This document shows, one piece after another, positions 29,901 to 41,725 of a stretch of DNA of 64,000 nt (the first letter of the stretch is position 1; every line of letters starts with the position of its first letter). This DNA comes from Octopus vulgaris (Eukaryota). Both the position numbers and the translations under genes were made by a program. Under the pieces are notes generated by a model. It did no database searches, had not been told where the DNA came from, and was given only the letters and a program-made list of their open reading frames with translations. The stretch spans positions 7,936,001 to 8,000,000 of the forward strand of contig OX597843.1 in assembly GCA_951406725.2 (NCBI GenBank), in the 5' to 3' direction.

Positions 29901-30322
29901 AGCACAACTATTGAATGCGAAGTACCGAGAAAGTTCTCTAGATCACGATAATAATCACTTTGCCCTTTATTACTGCAGGGTGCGTAAATTGCAACCAGTC
30001 TGATAACTTTACCGTTACTGAACGTCAAATCCATGACGACCAGCCTACCTTCTGGGTCTGAAAAAATTAACTTTTTCTCAAAAACCCGGTTTCTTTTTAG
30101 TAGGACCAACACCCCACTCCCGCCTGCAGGACTGCCAGGAGAGAAAAAACTCTCGTAGCCGTCAAACAGTGGGAGTAGATCTCTTGGCCCCTTTAACCGG
30201 GTTTCTGTAGCAACAATAACATCCAAATTGCGCGACCTGATATCATTAAGGAAGCGACCTTGCTTCCCGCTTGATCCCAGTCCGCGCACATTTAAACAAC
30301 CAACACAAATGTAGTCCATCAC
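26924..30322 (-). CDS. Tx1-type ORF2: APE endonuclease, reverse transcriptase and C-terminal zinc motif, intact
   Basis: 1132 aa; LNVRGL, GDFN, IDRI, SDH (APE); FRPITLLN, KAFDRVDH, QGCPLSP, YADD (RT); CPRC..H...C. Confidence 0.96.
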   Translation of the reverse strand: MMDYICVGCLNVRGLGSSGKQGRFLNDIRSRNLDVIVATETRLKGPRDLLPLFDGYESFFSPGSPAGGSGVLVLLKRNRVFEKKLIFSDPEGRLVVMDLTFSNGKVIRLVAIYAPCSNKGQSDYYRDLENFLGTSHSIVVLGDFNTICKADVDCVGSNDRKGNTCFLELLSRFELADPYRLEFPNAPLWTWSNSDGSSRSYIDRILIRKVDSKIAKRPQFYPISYSDHKMVTCKLDIDKVRKRGSGYWKLNTSLLAIKEYRDRIRTIIQRALSGAIINNKWWYALKRAIKFESIRYSIGVVSREARRETTLVKELEEAMKTGSAAQVASKRLVLNQHLEAKHMGCIVRARIRHMGCEGINAVRWARVVEARNGNDATIRSLKNQQGELIDEPEEMCEAFQEHFAQLFGECGGLDRRRAFTDLLDGLPRLSGRDAEGCEGPITPEEVVEAMADCGAGKAPGLDGLPYELYKNMPDLFGHLLAEVYANWQQNGLIPRSVRRGVVTLVRKDPSKGECIDNFRPITLLNTELKILAKVLSKRLARVADGLIGEAQTCAVPGRTIQDNLHLMRYTIEGFNSDSGKGGALVHLDQSKAFDRVDHRFLVSALAQFGLGLGFLRWIIQIYDNIDSVVRVNGFLSKPFKIKRSVRQGCPLSPLLYVMALEPLLRKLSGIPRQPGNGKSVSAYADDITIIVTEMDHLCKVGKAIEDYETVTGAKVNREKSVGLQLGTWRGKSMPPDSVVGRWTEGPIKLLGVWFGPDLQIEKNWGEVTSKVAAVAKTWSRRWLSLKGRAEVANVFIASVIIYRLSVVPCPDSWLTKLERQLFYFLWKGRKPLVKRSTCCQQPLKGGLGMPWLMMRRHALRLRHLWLYLDGERVWSPLAKLMFPKFTSFGGWETWLNRRSKLGTWYTECRKALLLFRRSGNACGGGSTTFFYRGLVEAECEDTLGETLGLDDNQLASLFRRTFGPKTLDNFQKSLAWQCYRGALPVRDKLARHGGQDSPMCPRCGRDRETVPHAIVHCSDVSEVWVYAEQLLSSTRRVQLSTECIKKIDPPDFLAKEGKTCFLVVVAIAKEVIWKTRMKGIRSGKFISGPGLMNYFIYHLKRKIGLERKCLTKRVYEERWKDVARKLRMDDTI

Positions 30323-30327
30323 TTACC

Positions 30328-31613
30328 TTATATCGGTAGTTTGGCTTTTTCGGCAGTTTCGCCTTCTTCTTCATTTTTTTTTTCTTTGGCTCGTGGGGGA
30401 GTCCGACGTAGGCCCTCGTATAGATATGGAGACATGTCCAGTCTCAGAGGGCCCACGTCGTGGAAGAACTCGGATTTTATCCTCCTGTAGTCCTTCCGGC
30501 CTATTTTGTATATGATGAAGTCTTTCATCTTCCTTATACGTTCCACCTTGGCCATGGCTGCCAACACATTGACAAGTCTGTTGTTAGTAGCCTTAATGGC
30601 CATAAATGAAGAAGTAACCTCTTTCCTTTTCTTCAGGTTTCTTCTTCTTGAGGGGTGGTTTCAGTTTTCCGTTTTTTTTTTGGTAACTTTAGACCACCCC
30701 TCCTCTTTTTCGTTTTCTTTTTCCTTTTCTGCAGCTTTTTCCACCTCTTTGGTTTCCTTTTTTCCTCCGTTTCTTCTTTCTCCGACGGTTCTTCTGCCTG
30801 CGGTTTCGGTTGACACTCCGCTCTCACGTGCCCCTTCTTTCCGCAGCCGAAGCACCTCGGTTTTCTTCCTTCTACAAATACTAGAACTCGCTCCTCCTCA
30901 TCTAGCCTCAGCACCTCTGGTATTTCTTCCAGAGTCTGGGCCTCTGCTTGTATAGCCATTGTTATGATCTGGCCCTGCCAAAATCCCTCCTCCTCCACTG
31001 TAGCTTGGAGGATGTTGATTTTTTCTTTCAGGCCCAGCATCACTGCCGCCACCAGGCATGAGGCGTCTGCCTCTGGGGGAATATTTCTCATTACTATCTT
31101 TGAAGTCCTTCTTCCTTTGTACAAGGGTAGAAGGACTAGATTTCCCGCTTTCTGAGGTTCTGTGGATAGCTTCTTAGCTATTTCTTCGGTCCTGAACCTC
31201 ACTTCTACTGTTCCGAACCGTCTTCCTCTGTTTATGTAAGTGATATCTTTTCTGATTGTCTTCAGGCACTCCTCTATTTTACATTCTTCCACTTTTTGTA
31301 TGCTTTTTGTAGTCATGCTATATGTCTTGTAGATAATTCTTTTCTTTTCAATCTCTTCCTTTTTTTCCATATCTTTTTTCACTGCAATTTCATTTCCTTC
31401 TTTCTTTAGAAGGTCTTCATATTTCTCTAGGTTTTCTATATCTATGTTTTTCTGTTTGCGTCCAACAACTTCCGCAAACTTCTTTGCTGGGGCCTTTTGT
31501 CCTGGCGTTACCGCCGATTCTTTTTCCGGTGTCACCGCCGGCGTGCTTCTCTCACCCGAGGTTTGAGATTCTTCATCACCTGAGATAGGTGAATAGGTAA
31601 TGGGGAAATCCAT
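30328..31613 (-). pseudogene. Tx1-type ORF1 (zinc knuckle), with one frameshift in an A-run near 30760 and an in-frame TGA at 30661-30663
   Basis: MDFPITYSP..; CFGCGKKGHVRAEC (CX2CX4HX4C); EEGWSKV; the last frame ends 5 nt before ORF2. Confidence 0.85.
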
Positions 31614-32488
31614 TTCGAATTTTTCCTTCCAGTTTGCATTCACTGCCTTCCAAAGACATTCTGGCTTTGCAGCCGTTAGTAGAAAATATTTTTTTTTTTT
31701 TTTTTTTTTTTTTTGGTTTTTTTTTTGTTTTTGGATGTGTTTCGTACACGAAGGCACACAATAATTCCCCCGCGGGGGGGGAACTACGTACACAACCTTC
31801 GCGCGAAGGCCACTAACCGTCTTATTGAAAAGACACAAAATAACAATATTAACACAGCAACAATAAACTACTAACTTTCAATTCAACAACAACTATTTCA
31901 GAAAAAAACTCACGTTTCGTTTTTGAGTATCGATGTTCACGAAGGCACTATATTTTTTCAAGTTGATTTCGATGAATAAGTGACAGTATTTTTAGAGAAT
32001 TACCACGTTTAAATAAGAAATGAAAATCATTTAGTTAATCATGCAATTTTGGGAATATTCCATTTTTTACTGATATATACTACAATAACAAAGAAATTAT
32101 TTAAGATTTTAGATTTATGCATAAGTATTCTTATGGTTCCAAAACGCATGGTTCTCAGTTCAGTCCCACTGTGTGGTAACTTGGCATGTGTCTTCTACTA
32201 TAGCCTGAGACCAACCAAAGCCTTGTCAGTGGATTTTGTAGACAGAAACTGAAAGAAATCAATCGTATATATATGTATGTATGTATGTATGTAAGTCTGT
32301 GTGTGTGTCTTTGTGTTTCTCCCTCATCACTGCTTCACAACTGGTGTTCGTTTATTTACATCCCCATAACATACTGGTTTCACAAGAAGAAACTGATAGA
32401 ATAAGTACCAGGCTTATCAAAATTTAAAAAGCTGTACGCAGTGTCTCACATTTTTGTTTGCCCACTCAGTTGTATCTATCAATTTATC

Positions 32489-32583
<95 letters not shown>

Positions 32584-32651
32584 ATTTCGTGGACAGGAAC
32601 TGAAACAAATCAATCGTATATATATGTATGTATATATGTATGTGTATGTGT

Positions 32652-35304
32652 TTTAGTATTGGCAACATGAATGACAATAGCCAGAGACTACTTGAATTTT
32701 GCACATACCATAACCTGTGCATCACCAACACATTCTTTCCCAACAAGACATCCCACAAGGCATCTTGGAGACATCCAAGATCTCACCACTGGCATCAGTT
32801 GGATCTCATCATTACACGAAGATCCTTTCTGAATTCTGTTCAACTGACCCGTAGCGCGGATTGTGACACAGATCATTCACTAATAAGAAGGGTGAGGATT
32901 CTGCCTAAAAAGTCCATCACTCCAAGAAAATTAGCCAACCACGCATTAACACTGCCAGAACCTCGAACCCTACACTGCGACAATGTTTTGCTGTTTTTAT
33001 CAAGGTTGCCCTCAGTAGCTGCCCAACCTCCTCTGCTGAAAGTAGGTGGAATTATATCAGGGAAGCTTTGTATACCACATCAATAGATACTTTCGGAATG
33101 AGAGAAAGGTAAAACCCAGATTTTGTTCAGTGCTGGGCTCTCAGAGCTGGAAACAGTTATCGAAGCAAAGCGTACAGCTCTGATGTAATACAAGAGTGAT
33201 TCTTCTACAAAGTCACACGAAGAACTCAGAAAGGCAAGAAATAAAATCCAACTGACTGCCAGACGCTGTGCAAATGGGTATTGAAAGGAAATCTGTCAGA
33301 GTATCCAGTCAGCTGCTGACAGTGGCGACACCCGTGGGATGTATGCCGGTTTGAAGAAGGCCCTCGGTCCATCCGCAAATACCTCAGCCCCTCTGAAATC
33401 AACTACTGGAGATCTCATCAGGGACCAAAGCAAGCAAATGGATAGATGGATGGAGTACTACCAGGATCTCTACTCACGAGAGACCACGGTAGCTGAGGCT
33501 GCAATCGAGGGTGTCAAGATCTTGCCAGTCATGTGTGAACTTGACAGTCTGCCATCTATAGCAGAGCTCACCAAATCTATTGACTCCCTAGCAAGTAACA
33601 AGGCTCCGGGAAAAGACGGCATCCCCTTAGAGATCATCAAAACCGGCAAAAACACCATCCTGCTTCGGCACATTCATGAGCTTCTGTGTCAGTGCTGGTA
33701 AGAGGGTACAGTCCCTCAGAATATGCGGGATGCTAACATCATTACGCTTTACAAAAATAAAAGTGACCGAGATGATTGTAACAATTACCGTGGAATATCT
33801 CTTCTAAGCACAGTTGGAAAGGCCTCTGCTCGCATTATCCTGTCCAGGCTGCAACTAATTGCTTCTCGAATTTATCCAGAATCGCAGTGTGGCTTTAGAA
33901 GCAGATCAACTATTGACATGATATTCTCCATACGCCAACTTCAGAAGTCCAGAGAGCAGAACATGCCATTATATATGGCCTTCATTGATCTGACAAAGAG
34001 CTTTGACTTGGTAAGTAGAAAAGGCCTCTTCATCCTGCTCCAAAAAATCGGATGTCCACCAAAGCTGCTGAGGATCATCAAATCATTCCATGCTAATATG
34101 CAAGGCACCATACAGCACAATGGTTCAACATCAGCCGCCTTCCAAATAAAAAATGGGGTAGAGCAAGGTTGTGTCCTTGCTCCTACATTATTTGGCATCT
34201 TCTTCTCGCTGCTGCTGTCACATGCCTTTGAGACATCAGATGATGGAGTGTTTCTGCACAGTAGAAGTGATGGGGAACTGTTCAATCTCTCGCGTCTGCG
34301 TGCCAAGACCAAAATTTCAGAAATCCTGATCAAGGAGATGCTATTTGCTGATGATGCCGCTCTGGTATCACAGAAGAAGATCAGCAACTGAGCAAGCATT
34401 TGGCAACTTTGGAGTTATCAGCCTGACCAACATCATGGGTCAGGCTACATCGGACATCCCAAACAGATAGAAGACCACTATAGGAGGTGGAGAGTTTAGG
34501 CTCACCGTCACCTACAACCTACTGCTGAGCTCAATATACGCATTGGCAAGGCAGCTGCTTGATGGCCCAACTCACCAAACGCGCATGGGACAACAATAAG
34601 CTGACCAAGACCACAAAAATGAAGATTTACCAGGCATGTGTACTTAGCACTCTACTGTATGACTTTGACGCCATACACACGCCATACGACGCCATACGTC
34701 GCCTAAATATCTTTCACCTGCGCTGTCTCCGGAAAATCCATCGCATCAAATGGCAGAATCATGTCCCTAACAAAGATGTCCTCAAGCAAGCAGGAATACC
34801 AAGCATGTTTGCACTCTTCACACAAAGACGTATGAGATGGCTTGGACATGTTAGCCGTATGGAAGATGGCAGAATCCCCAAGGACATACTCAACGGAGAG
34901 CTTGCTAGGGGCACTAGGTCTGTGGGAAGACCGTTCTTATGATACAAGGATGTTTGCAAAAGGGACATGAATGCCTGCAACATCAATATTACCAACTAGG
35001 AAGCAGTTGCCAGCAACCGTGGAGATTGGCGACGTACCGTGAAAGAGGGAACACAAAGGAGTGACACAGTGAGAAAGGAGAAATGGAAAGACAAGAAAAG
35101 ACGTCAACAAGAAACTATGACATTACAACCAGTCAGGCAAAGTCTTCGCTACATTTACGGCACCTGCCAGAGGGAGTGTTTGTCCCGGATAGGACTACAC
35201 AGCCACAGCAAGAGATGTATTAGGACATGAAATGTAAAAGCCGGACAAGATTATTTTATGCGCAACTCCATTGTCTCCCGAGACAAAAAGGATGCCAACA
35301 ACAA
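32652..35304 (+). mobile_element. RTE-clade LINE, 5'-truncated and degraded
   Basis: WRHPRSHHWHQLD, NYRGISLLS, PESQCGFR, QGCVLAPTLF, LFADD, RWLGHVSRM; tail GTCTCCCGAGAC..GGATGCCAACAACAA; ~71-bp TSD. Confidence 0.93.
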
Positions 35305-35596
35305 TATATATGGATTTCGTAGACAGGAACTGTAACAAATAAATCGTATATATATGTATGTATATATGTAAGTGTATGTGTGTGTCTTTGTCTCTGTGTT
35401 TCGCCCTCATCACTGCTTCACAACTGCTGTTCACTTATTTACATCCACATAACTTACTGGTTTCACAAGAACAAACTAATAGAGTAAGTACTAGGCTTAT
35501 CAACATAAAAAAGCACTAGGCTGTGTCTCATATTTTTGTTTGCTCACTCAGTTGTATCTATCAATTTATCTTTGTATGTGTGCATGTGTGTGTGTA

Positions 35597-35643
<47 letters not shown>

Positions 35644-36361
35644 CACCCTAATGGGAGCCTTAAATCCCAAATTTTAGTAATTTCTTTTATGATCCAAAAC
35701 TTGGTCAAAAGTACTGAATGGATCTTTATGAAATTTGGAAATTATATTCTATGCATAAGGGCCATAACACCCATGACAATTCATATATTTTTGCTGTTGA
35801 TGAAATTTTAACCATAGACATTAGACACAAATGAAGTAATATCTATAAAATTTCATCTTACAAAGTTAGAAAGACCCCTCCATGGGGACTTAACAACTAC
35901 AATTTTGTCATTTTATCTAAGCAAAAATGAATACAGTTGTGCTCTTGGAAGCTGTAGGGTTACCCGAGCATAAAAGATGAGCATTATTTGTAATTCAATG
36001 GTACAACAGTGTAACAGTTTGCTTTGACATACACACTGCATAAATTGTCAAGTAAATGATATATTCTTTCTATATTCTTTCTTTTCTTTCTTTTATTCTT
36101 TTACTTGTTTCGACCCGAACACTTCTTTAATGTAATTCTATATATTTCGCAAGAAAGAACAATAATATTATGTATATACATGCCACCATGGGGGGGGGGG
36201 ACAAATACAAACACACACACAGTTTCCGTCTACCAAATTCACTCACAAGGCATTGGTTGGCCTGGGGCTCTAGTAGAAGACCAAGGCGTCACGTAATGGG
36301 GCTGAACCCAGAACCATGTAGTTGGTAAGCAGGCAACTTACCACACAGCCACTCATGCATA

Positions 36362-36455
<94 letters not shown>

Positions 36456-36710
36456 TGTGTGTCTGTGTGTAGTTTGCTCTCTTTTACGAAACTCTCGCCC
36501 CCGAGTCACTCTGTTGCTTCTGCTAAATATTGATAAACACATATATGACGAGCTTTTTCAGATTCCGTCAACCAAATCTACTCACAAGGGTTAGGTCGAC
36601 CCAGGGCTATAGTAGAAACACCCGCTCAAAGTGCCACGCAGCTGGACTGAACCCGGAACGGCTTACAGCACAGTCACGCCTGCTTCTATTCACATATATA
36701 CATGATATAT

Positions 36711-36934
36711 ATTTCTTTTGCTACCCACAAGGGGCTAAACATAGAGGGGACAAACAAGGACAGACAAACGGATTAAGTCGATTACATCGACCCAGTGCGA
36801 AACTGGTACTTTATTTATCGACCCCGAGAGGATGAAAGGCAAAGTCGAACTCGGCGGAATTTGAACTCAGAACGTAGACGAAATACTGCTAAGCATTTCG
36901 CCCGGCGTGCTAACGCTTCTGCCAGCTCGCCGCC
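36711..36934 (-). mobile_element. tRNA-derived SINE family B with Tx1-like 3' tail
   Basis: Head GGCGGCGAGCTGGCAGAAGCGTTAGC..GAGTTCAAATTCC; tail TTGTCCCCTCTATGTTTAGCCCCTTGTGGGTAG. Confidence 0.85.
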
Positions 36935-37609
36935 TCTTGCATATAAATCTATGTGCGTATATAGACACAGTTATACATACACATACCTAGTCATGGATGG
37001 CTACACACACTAACACACACGTACACATACACATGCAAGTAGTCACACGAGTGTACACACAACCACACACATACGCACGCACACACACATACACACTCGC
37101 ACGCACGCACATAATCTCCTTTCCTCTCACCCTTATTCTTCTAAGCAAACACACATCTACACAGACATAGAAAGGCATGCATGCACGCAGACATAAGACT
37201 AATTCGCGGCCAAATTCAGGGCAGACGTTGAAGAGAAAGGACAAGCTATTGAAAAGGTTGCGAAAAATAGCGACGAACGGACTTTCACGAAGAAATAAAA
37301 CTTTGATTGTTTAACCAAACAAACGATCGATTACGTAGATGGTCAGATGTGTAACCATATCGTTATTGGCATAATGACCCTCCCAAGAATCAACAAGATG
37401 TATGTGTGTATACGTGTGTGAGTGTGTGTGCGTATGTGTATATATGTATGTGTGTGTGTATATGTATGTGTGTGTGTGTGGCAAAAACAGACCGATAGAA
37501 TAAGTACTAGGCTTACAAAGAATAATCCCTAGAGTCGATTTGCTCGACTAAAGGCAGTGCTCCAGCATGGCCAAAGTCAAATGACTGTAACAAATAAAAT
37601 AATAAAAGA

Positions 37610-37652
<43 letters not shown>

Positions 37653-38050
37653 CTAGCAGTGTCGCCCGGCGTTGCTCGGGTTTGTAAGGGAAATAACTAT
37701 ATAAGCATTTTTAGAGATGTAAAGTATAATAGCCATCTCAATATGACTAACCACAAAGGGGGGGGGGGTGTTACTGTAGCTTTTTACATTCTGAGATTTA
37801 ATAATACATTTTTAGAGAGTTACTTCCCTTATATAAACCGAGCGAAAATGCATTAAAAATGCGGAAAAAATTATGGTAATTTTTTTTTTAATCGTAAACT
37901 CATCGTAGACGTGCGCTAATACCCAGAAGGGCTCGATATGAATCACGACTATAAGATACCCGCTTTTGGTTACACTGCACCGCAAAATGAGGGAGTAGTT
38001 AGGAATCTAAATCGTAGGAGACAGACACACAACTTCACTTTTATATATAA
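37653..38050 (-). mobile_element. Non-autonomous Helitron
   Basis: Minus-strand 3' end CCCGAGCAACGCCGGG hairpin followed by a CTAG terminus; same family as 54737-55642. Confidence 0.8.
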
Positions 38051-38089
38051 ACATATATATATATATACACACATACACATATATATACA

Positions 38090-38138
<49 letters not shown>

Positions 38139-38175
38139 TATATACAGTGTATATATATATACATATATATATACA

Positions 38176-38214
<39 letters not shown>

Positions 38215-39156
38215 TATATAAATAAAATTTGAGGGAATATTATTCATAACTTACAGGGAAAAAATCAATTTAGAAATACTAATTCAAATTTCACGAAATA
38301 TAATATATATATATATAAATTAGAAAAAAACACCTTTTATCAATTCAAAATGAACAATTAAATTACACAATCTAGAAAATTACATATAATAGAAATATTA
38401 AATATAAAATAATAATATACCGATGATTAAGTAATGTGCAAAATAATAAATAAATCGTATATATCATGAATTGATAAAAGATGGTTTTTTTCTAATTTAT
38501 ATATATATATACAGTCTTTTCTGTTGCTTGACCATTAATACCTGCTATATCTCTCTCTCTTGCTGCCTTCGAAACACACTACCACACATACATAGACGCA
38601 CACACACATACATGAAAGCAATTTCTCACACTCAACACTCTAGCACTCATTCTTAAAATAATTCAAATATAAACACCAGTCATATAGAATACATTCACAC
38701 TCTTTGATTTTCCTGTACCCCCCTTCTCCTAACCGGATTCTGACCTTGAACTATCTTAACGGACATTCTCGTCTGCTTTCACCCAGCCTGGCGTCAACGC
38801 ATATAGATAGACAGTTTGTGCCATTTATTCCATGGGCTCCTCGTGAGCGTTTGTCGAAAAGCTTGCTGTGCATTTTGTTGGAGAATTAAGTTCCTGGATT
38901 TTCCTGAAGAGAAGGCTGCAAAATGGACTCCTTATTCAATCCGAATTAGGGACTTTGCAGCCTTTGAAACATATGTAGAAAATAATAAAAAGGAATTTTG
39001 TTAAATCTTCGTTTCTTCCTACACTAAATATATATATATATATATATATATACCGGAGTAAACACATAAATGTGAAACAAGGTGGAAAAAAGAGTACTCA
39101 AATACCAGTGGCAGAGTAATATGCTTTATTTTAAGCAGCAGAAAATTCAACAAAAT

Positions 39157-39194
39157 CTGTTACTCTGAGTTTCTCGTTGCCGTTCATCAGACAG
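39157..39194 (-). ncRNA. Minimal type I hammerhead motif (mirror copy)
   Basis: Exact reverse complement of 39208-39245. Confidence 0.65.
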
Positions 39195-39207
39195 TTTCTA
39201 GCAAAAA

Positions 39208-39245
39208 CTGTCTGATGAACGGCAACGAGAAACTCAGAGTAACAG
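39208..39245 (+). ncRNA. Minimal type I hammerhead motif
   Basis: ctgt CTGATGA acg-gcaa-cga GAAA CTCAGAG TA acag. Confidence 0.68.
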
Positions 39246-39383
39246 ATTTTGTTGAATTTTCTGCTGCTTAAAATAAAGTATATAAAGTATATATGTGAAG
39301 AATTTAGTTATTGGGTTAATAAAATATGGTCGTTTATTCGTGTGTAATAAATAAAATACCAAACTCATTCCCTATGGATACCT

Positions 39384-39598
39384 ATTTCTTTATTACCCAC
39401 AAGGGGCTAAACACAGAGGGGACAAACACGGACAGACATAGGTATTAAGTCGATTACATCGACCCCAGTGCGTAACTGGTACTTAATTTATCGACCCCGA
39501 AAGGATGAAAGGCAAAGTCGACCTCGGCGGATTTTGAACTCACAACGTAACGCAGACGAAATACCGCTAAGCATTTCGCCCGGCGTGCTAGCGTTTCT
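39384..39598 (-). mobile_element. SINE family B with Tx1-like tail
   Basis: Same as 36711-36934; tail TTGTCCCCTCTGTGTTTAGCCCCTTGTGGGTAATAAAGAAAT. Confidence 0.85.
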
Positions 39599-39912
39599 GT
39601 ATTTATTACAACTCGTTTACAAGCCACTCGTTGTAATAAATATGGTATCCATAGGAAACTCGTTTGGTATTCTCTATATATATTCAGTCAAACTAAAGCA
39701 CCTGCTTGTTATTCCTGCACCTGTCTTCGTCTTTTGTTGTTTTCTGTAAATATATCCTTTTATATATGTGTGCTGCAAGATTCTTGATGTGAAACCGTGC
39801 GTTGAAACAGATATTGTTGTATTTTTTCCCTCTTTTTGCAAAATAAACAGGCGCACTATATAATTCCCTTTTCACTCATTTATTACTGTTCTTATTCTAA
39901 TTTATGTTTATC

Positions 39913-39957
39913 GTCCGGAAATCTTTCGTCACACCTCTGTGAACTCTTCAGCGACAC
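39913..39957 (-). ncRNA. Type I hammerhead motif
   Basis: Minus strand: gtgtcg CTGAAGA gttcac-agag-gtgtgac GAAA GATT TC cggac. Confidence 0.55.
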
Positions 39958-40181
39958 TTTCTGTCTTCGTGTGTACTCTTGCTCCGCTTTTATACATATA
40001 CACACATACGCGAGTAAATATACGGGTAAAACCCTTGTGGTATGCTATATAAAGCTCGTATAAAGTCTTACTCAAAGAAGGTGCATTTCACACCTTGAAT
40101 TGGTGATAATAATTACACAACATCTCACCAATGAACAAGTGTAAAAATGTGTCGAAACAATTGTAATGTTTATAGATAATG

Positions 40182-40238
<57 letters not shown>

Positions 40239-40344
40239 CATGTATGTATGTATGTATGTATGTATGTATGTATGTATGTATGTATGTATGTATGTATGTA
40301 TGTATGTATGTATGTGTGTATGTATATACTTACATATATATGTA

Positions 40345-41725
40345 AGAGGGAGATCTGGCTGCTATATGAGGGAGATCTGGCTGCTATTTCTACTAGGTCT
40401 AGTTACCATGTAGAAGTCGCCCTTATTGGCTCATACATTTAAAAAAAAGTTGGGGGTGATTGCAAGAAGTTCTGGCTGCTATCTCTACTGAATTTAGCTA
40501 CCAGGTAGAGGTCTCCCTCATTGGCTCATACATATATACATACATACAGTAAGGTGTAATTTGAGGAAGATTTGGCTGCTATTTCTACTGGATTTAGCTA
40601 CCATGTTAGAGGTCTCCCTCAATGGCTCATACATATATACATACATACATACATACATACAGTAAGGTGTAATTTGAGGGAGATTTGGCTGCTATTTCTA
40701 CTGGATTTAGCTACCATGTTAGAGGTCTCCCTCAATGGCTCATACATATATACATACATACATACATACATACATACAGTAAGTTGTAATTTGAGGGAGA
40801 TTTGGCTGCTATTTCTACTAGGTTTAGCTACCATGTAGAGGTCTCCCTCTTTGGCTCAAACATATATACGTAGATACATACATACAGTAAGGTGTAATTT
40901 GAGGGAGATTTGGCTGCTATTTCTTCTAGGTTTAGCTACCCTGTGGAGGTCTCCCTCATTGGCTCATACATATATACATACATACATACAGTAAGGTGTA
41001 ATTTGAGGGAGATTTGGCTGCTATTTCTACTGGATTTAGCTACCATGTTAGAGGTCTCCCTCAATGGCTCATACATATATACATACATACATACATACAT
41101 ACATACATACATACATACAGTAAGGTGTAATTTGAGGGAGATTTGGCTGCTATTTCTACTAGGTTTAGCTACCATGTAGAGGTCTCCCTCATTGGCTCAT
41201 ACATATATACATACATACATACATACATACAGTAAGGTGTAATTTGAGGGAGATTTGGCTGCTATTTCTACCATGTAGAAGTCGCCCTTATTGGCTCATA
41301 CATTTAAAAGAAAGTTGGGTGTGATTGCAAGGAGTTCTGGCTGCTATCTCTACTGAATTTAGCTACCATGTTAGAGGTCTCCCTCAATGGCTCATACATA
41401 TATACATACATACATACATACATACATACAGTAAGGTGTAATTTGAGGGAGATTTGGCTGCTATTTCTACTATGTTTAGCTACCATGTAGAGGTCTCCCT
41501 CATTGGCTCAAACATATATACGTAGATACATACAGTAAGGTGTAATTTGAGGGAGATTTGGCTGCTATTTCTTCTAGGTTTAGCTACCCTGTGGAGGTCT
41601 CCCTCATTGGCTCATACATACATACATACATACATACATACATACATACATACATACATACAGTAAGGTGTCATTTGAGGGAGCTTTGGCTGCTATTTCT
41701 ACCAGGTCTCGCTACCATGTAAAGG
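40345..41725. repeat. Minisatellite: ~85-bp constant unit plus variable (ATAC)n, about 13 copies
   Basis: CAGTAAGGTGTAATTTGAGGGAGATTTGGCTGCTATTTCTACT..GGTCTCCCTCA.TGGCTCATAC repeated. Confidence 0.95.

Larger units (their letters stand above)
26672..31918 (-). mobile_element. Full-length Tx1-type (L1 clade) non-LTR retrotransposon
   Basis: Exact 16-bp TSD GTTTTTGAGTATCGAT at 26656-26671 and 31919-31934; two ORFs. Confidence 0.95.
39051..39278. mobile_element. Fold-back Penelope-like insert with hammerhead motifs on both strands
   Basis: Inverted arms around 39198-39204; same family as 4743-4990. Confidence 0.72.

Noticed and set aside
38760-39004. Possible coding exon in a unique island
   Set aside because: Short frames on both strands, no consistent splice pair and no recognisable motif
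40060-40155. Hammerhead half GAAACAATTGTA with palindromic loop
   Set aside because: No CUGANGA at a suitable upstream position; at most a decayed remnant
40345-41725. CRISPR-like repeat-spacer pattern
   Set aside because: The spacers are only (ATAC)n length variants
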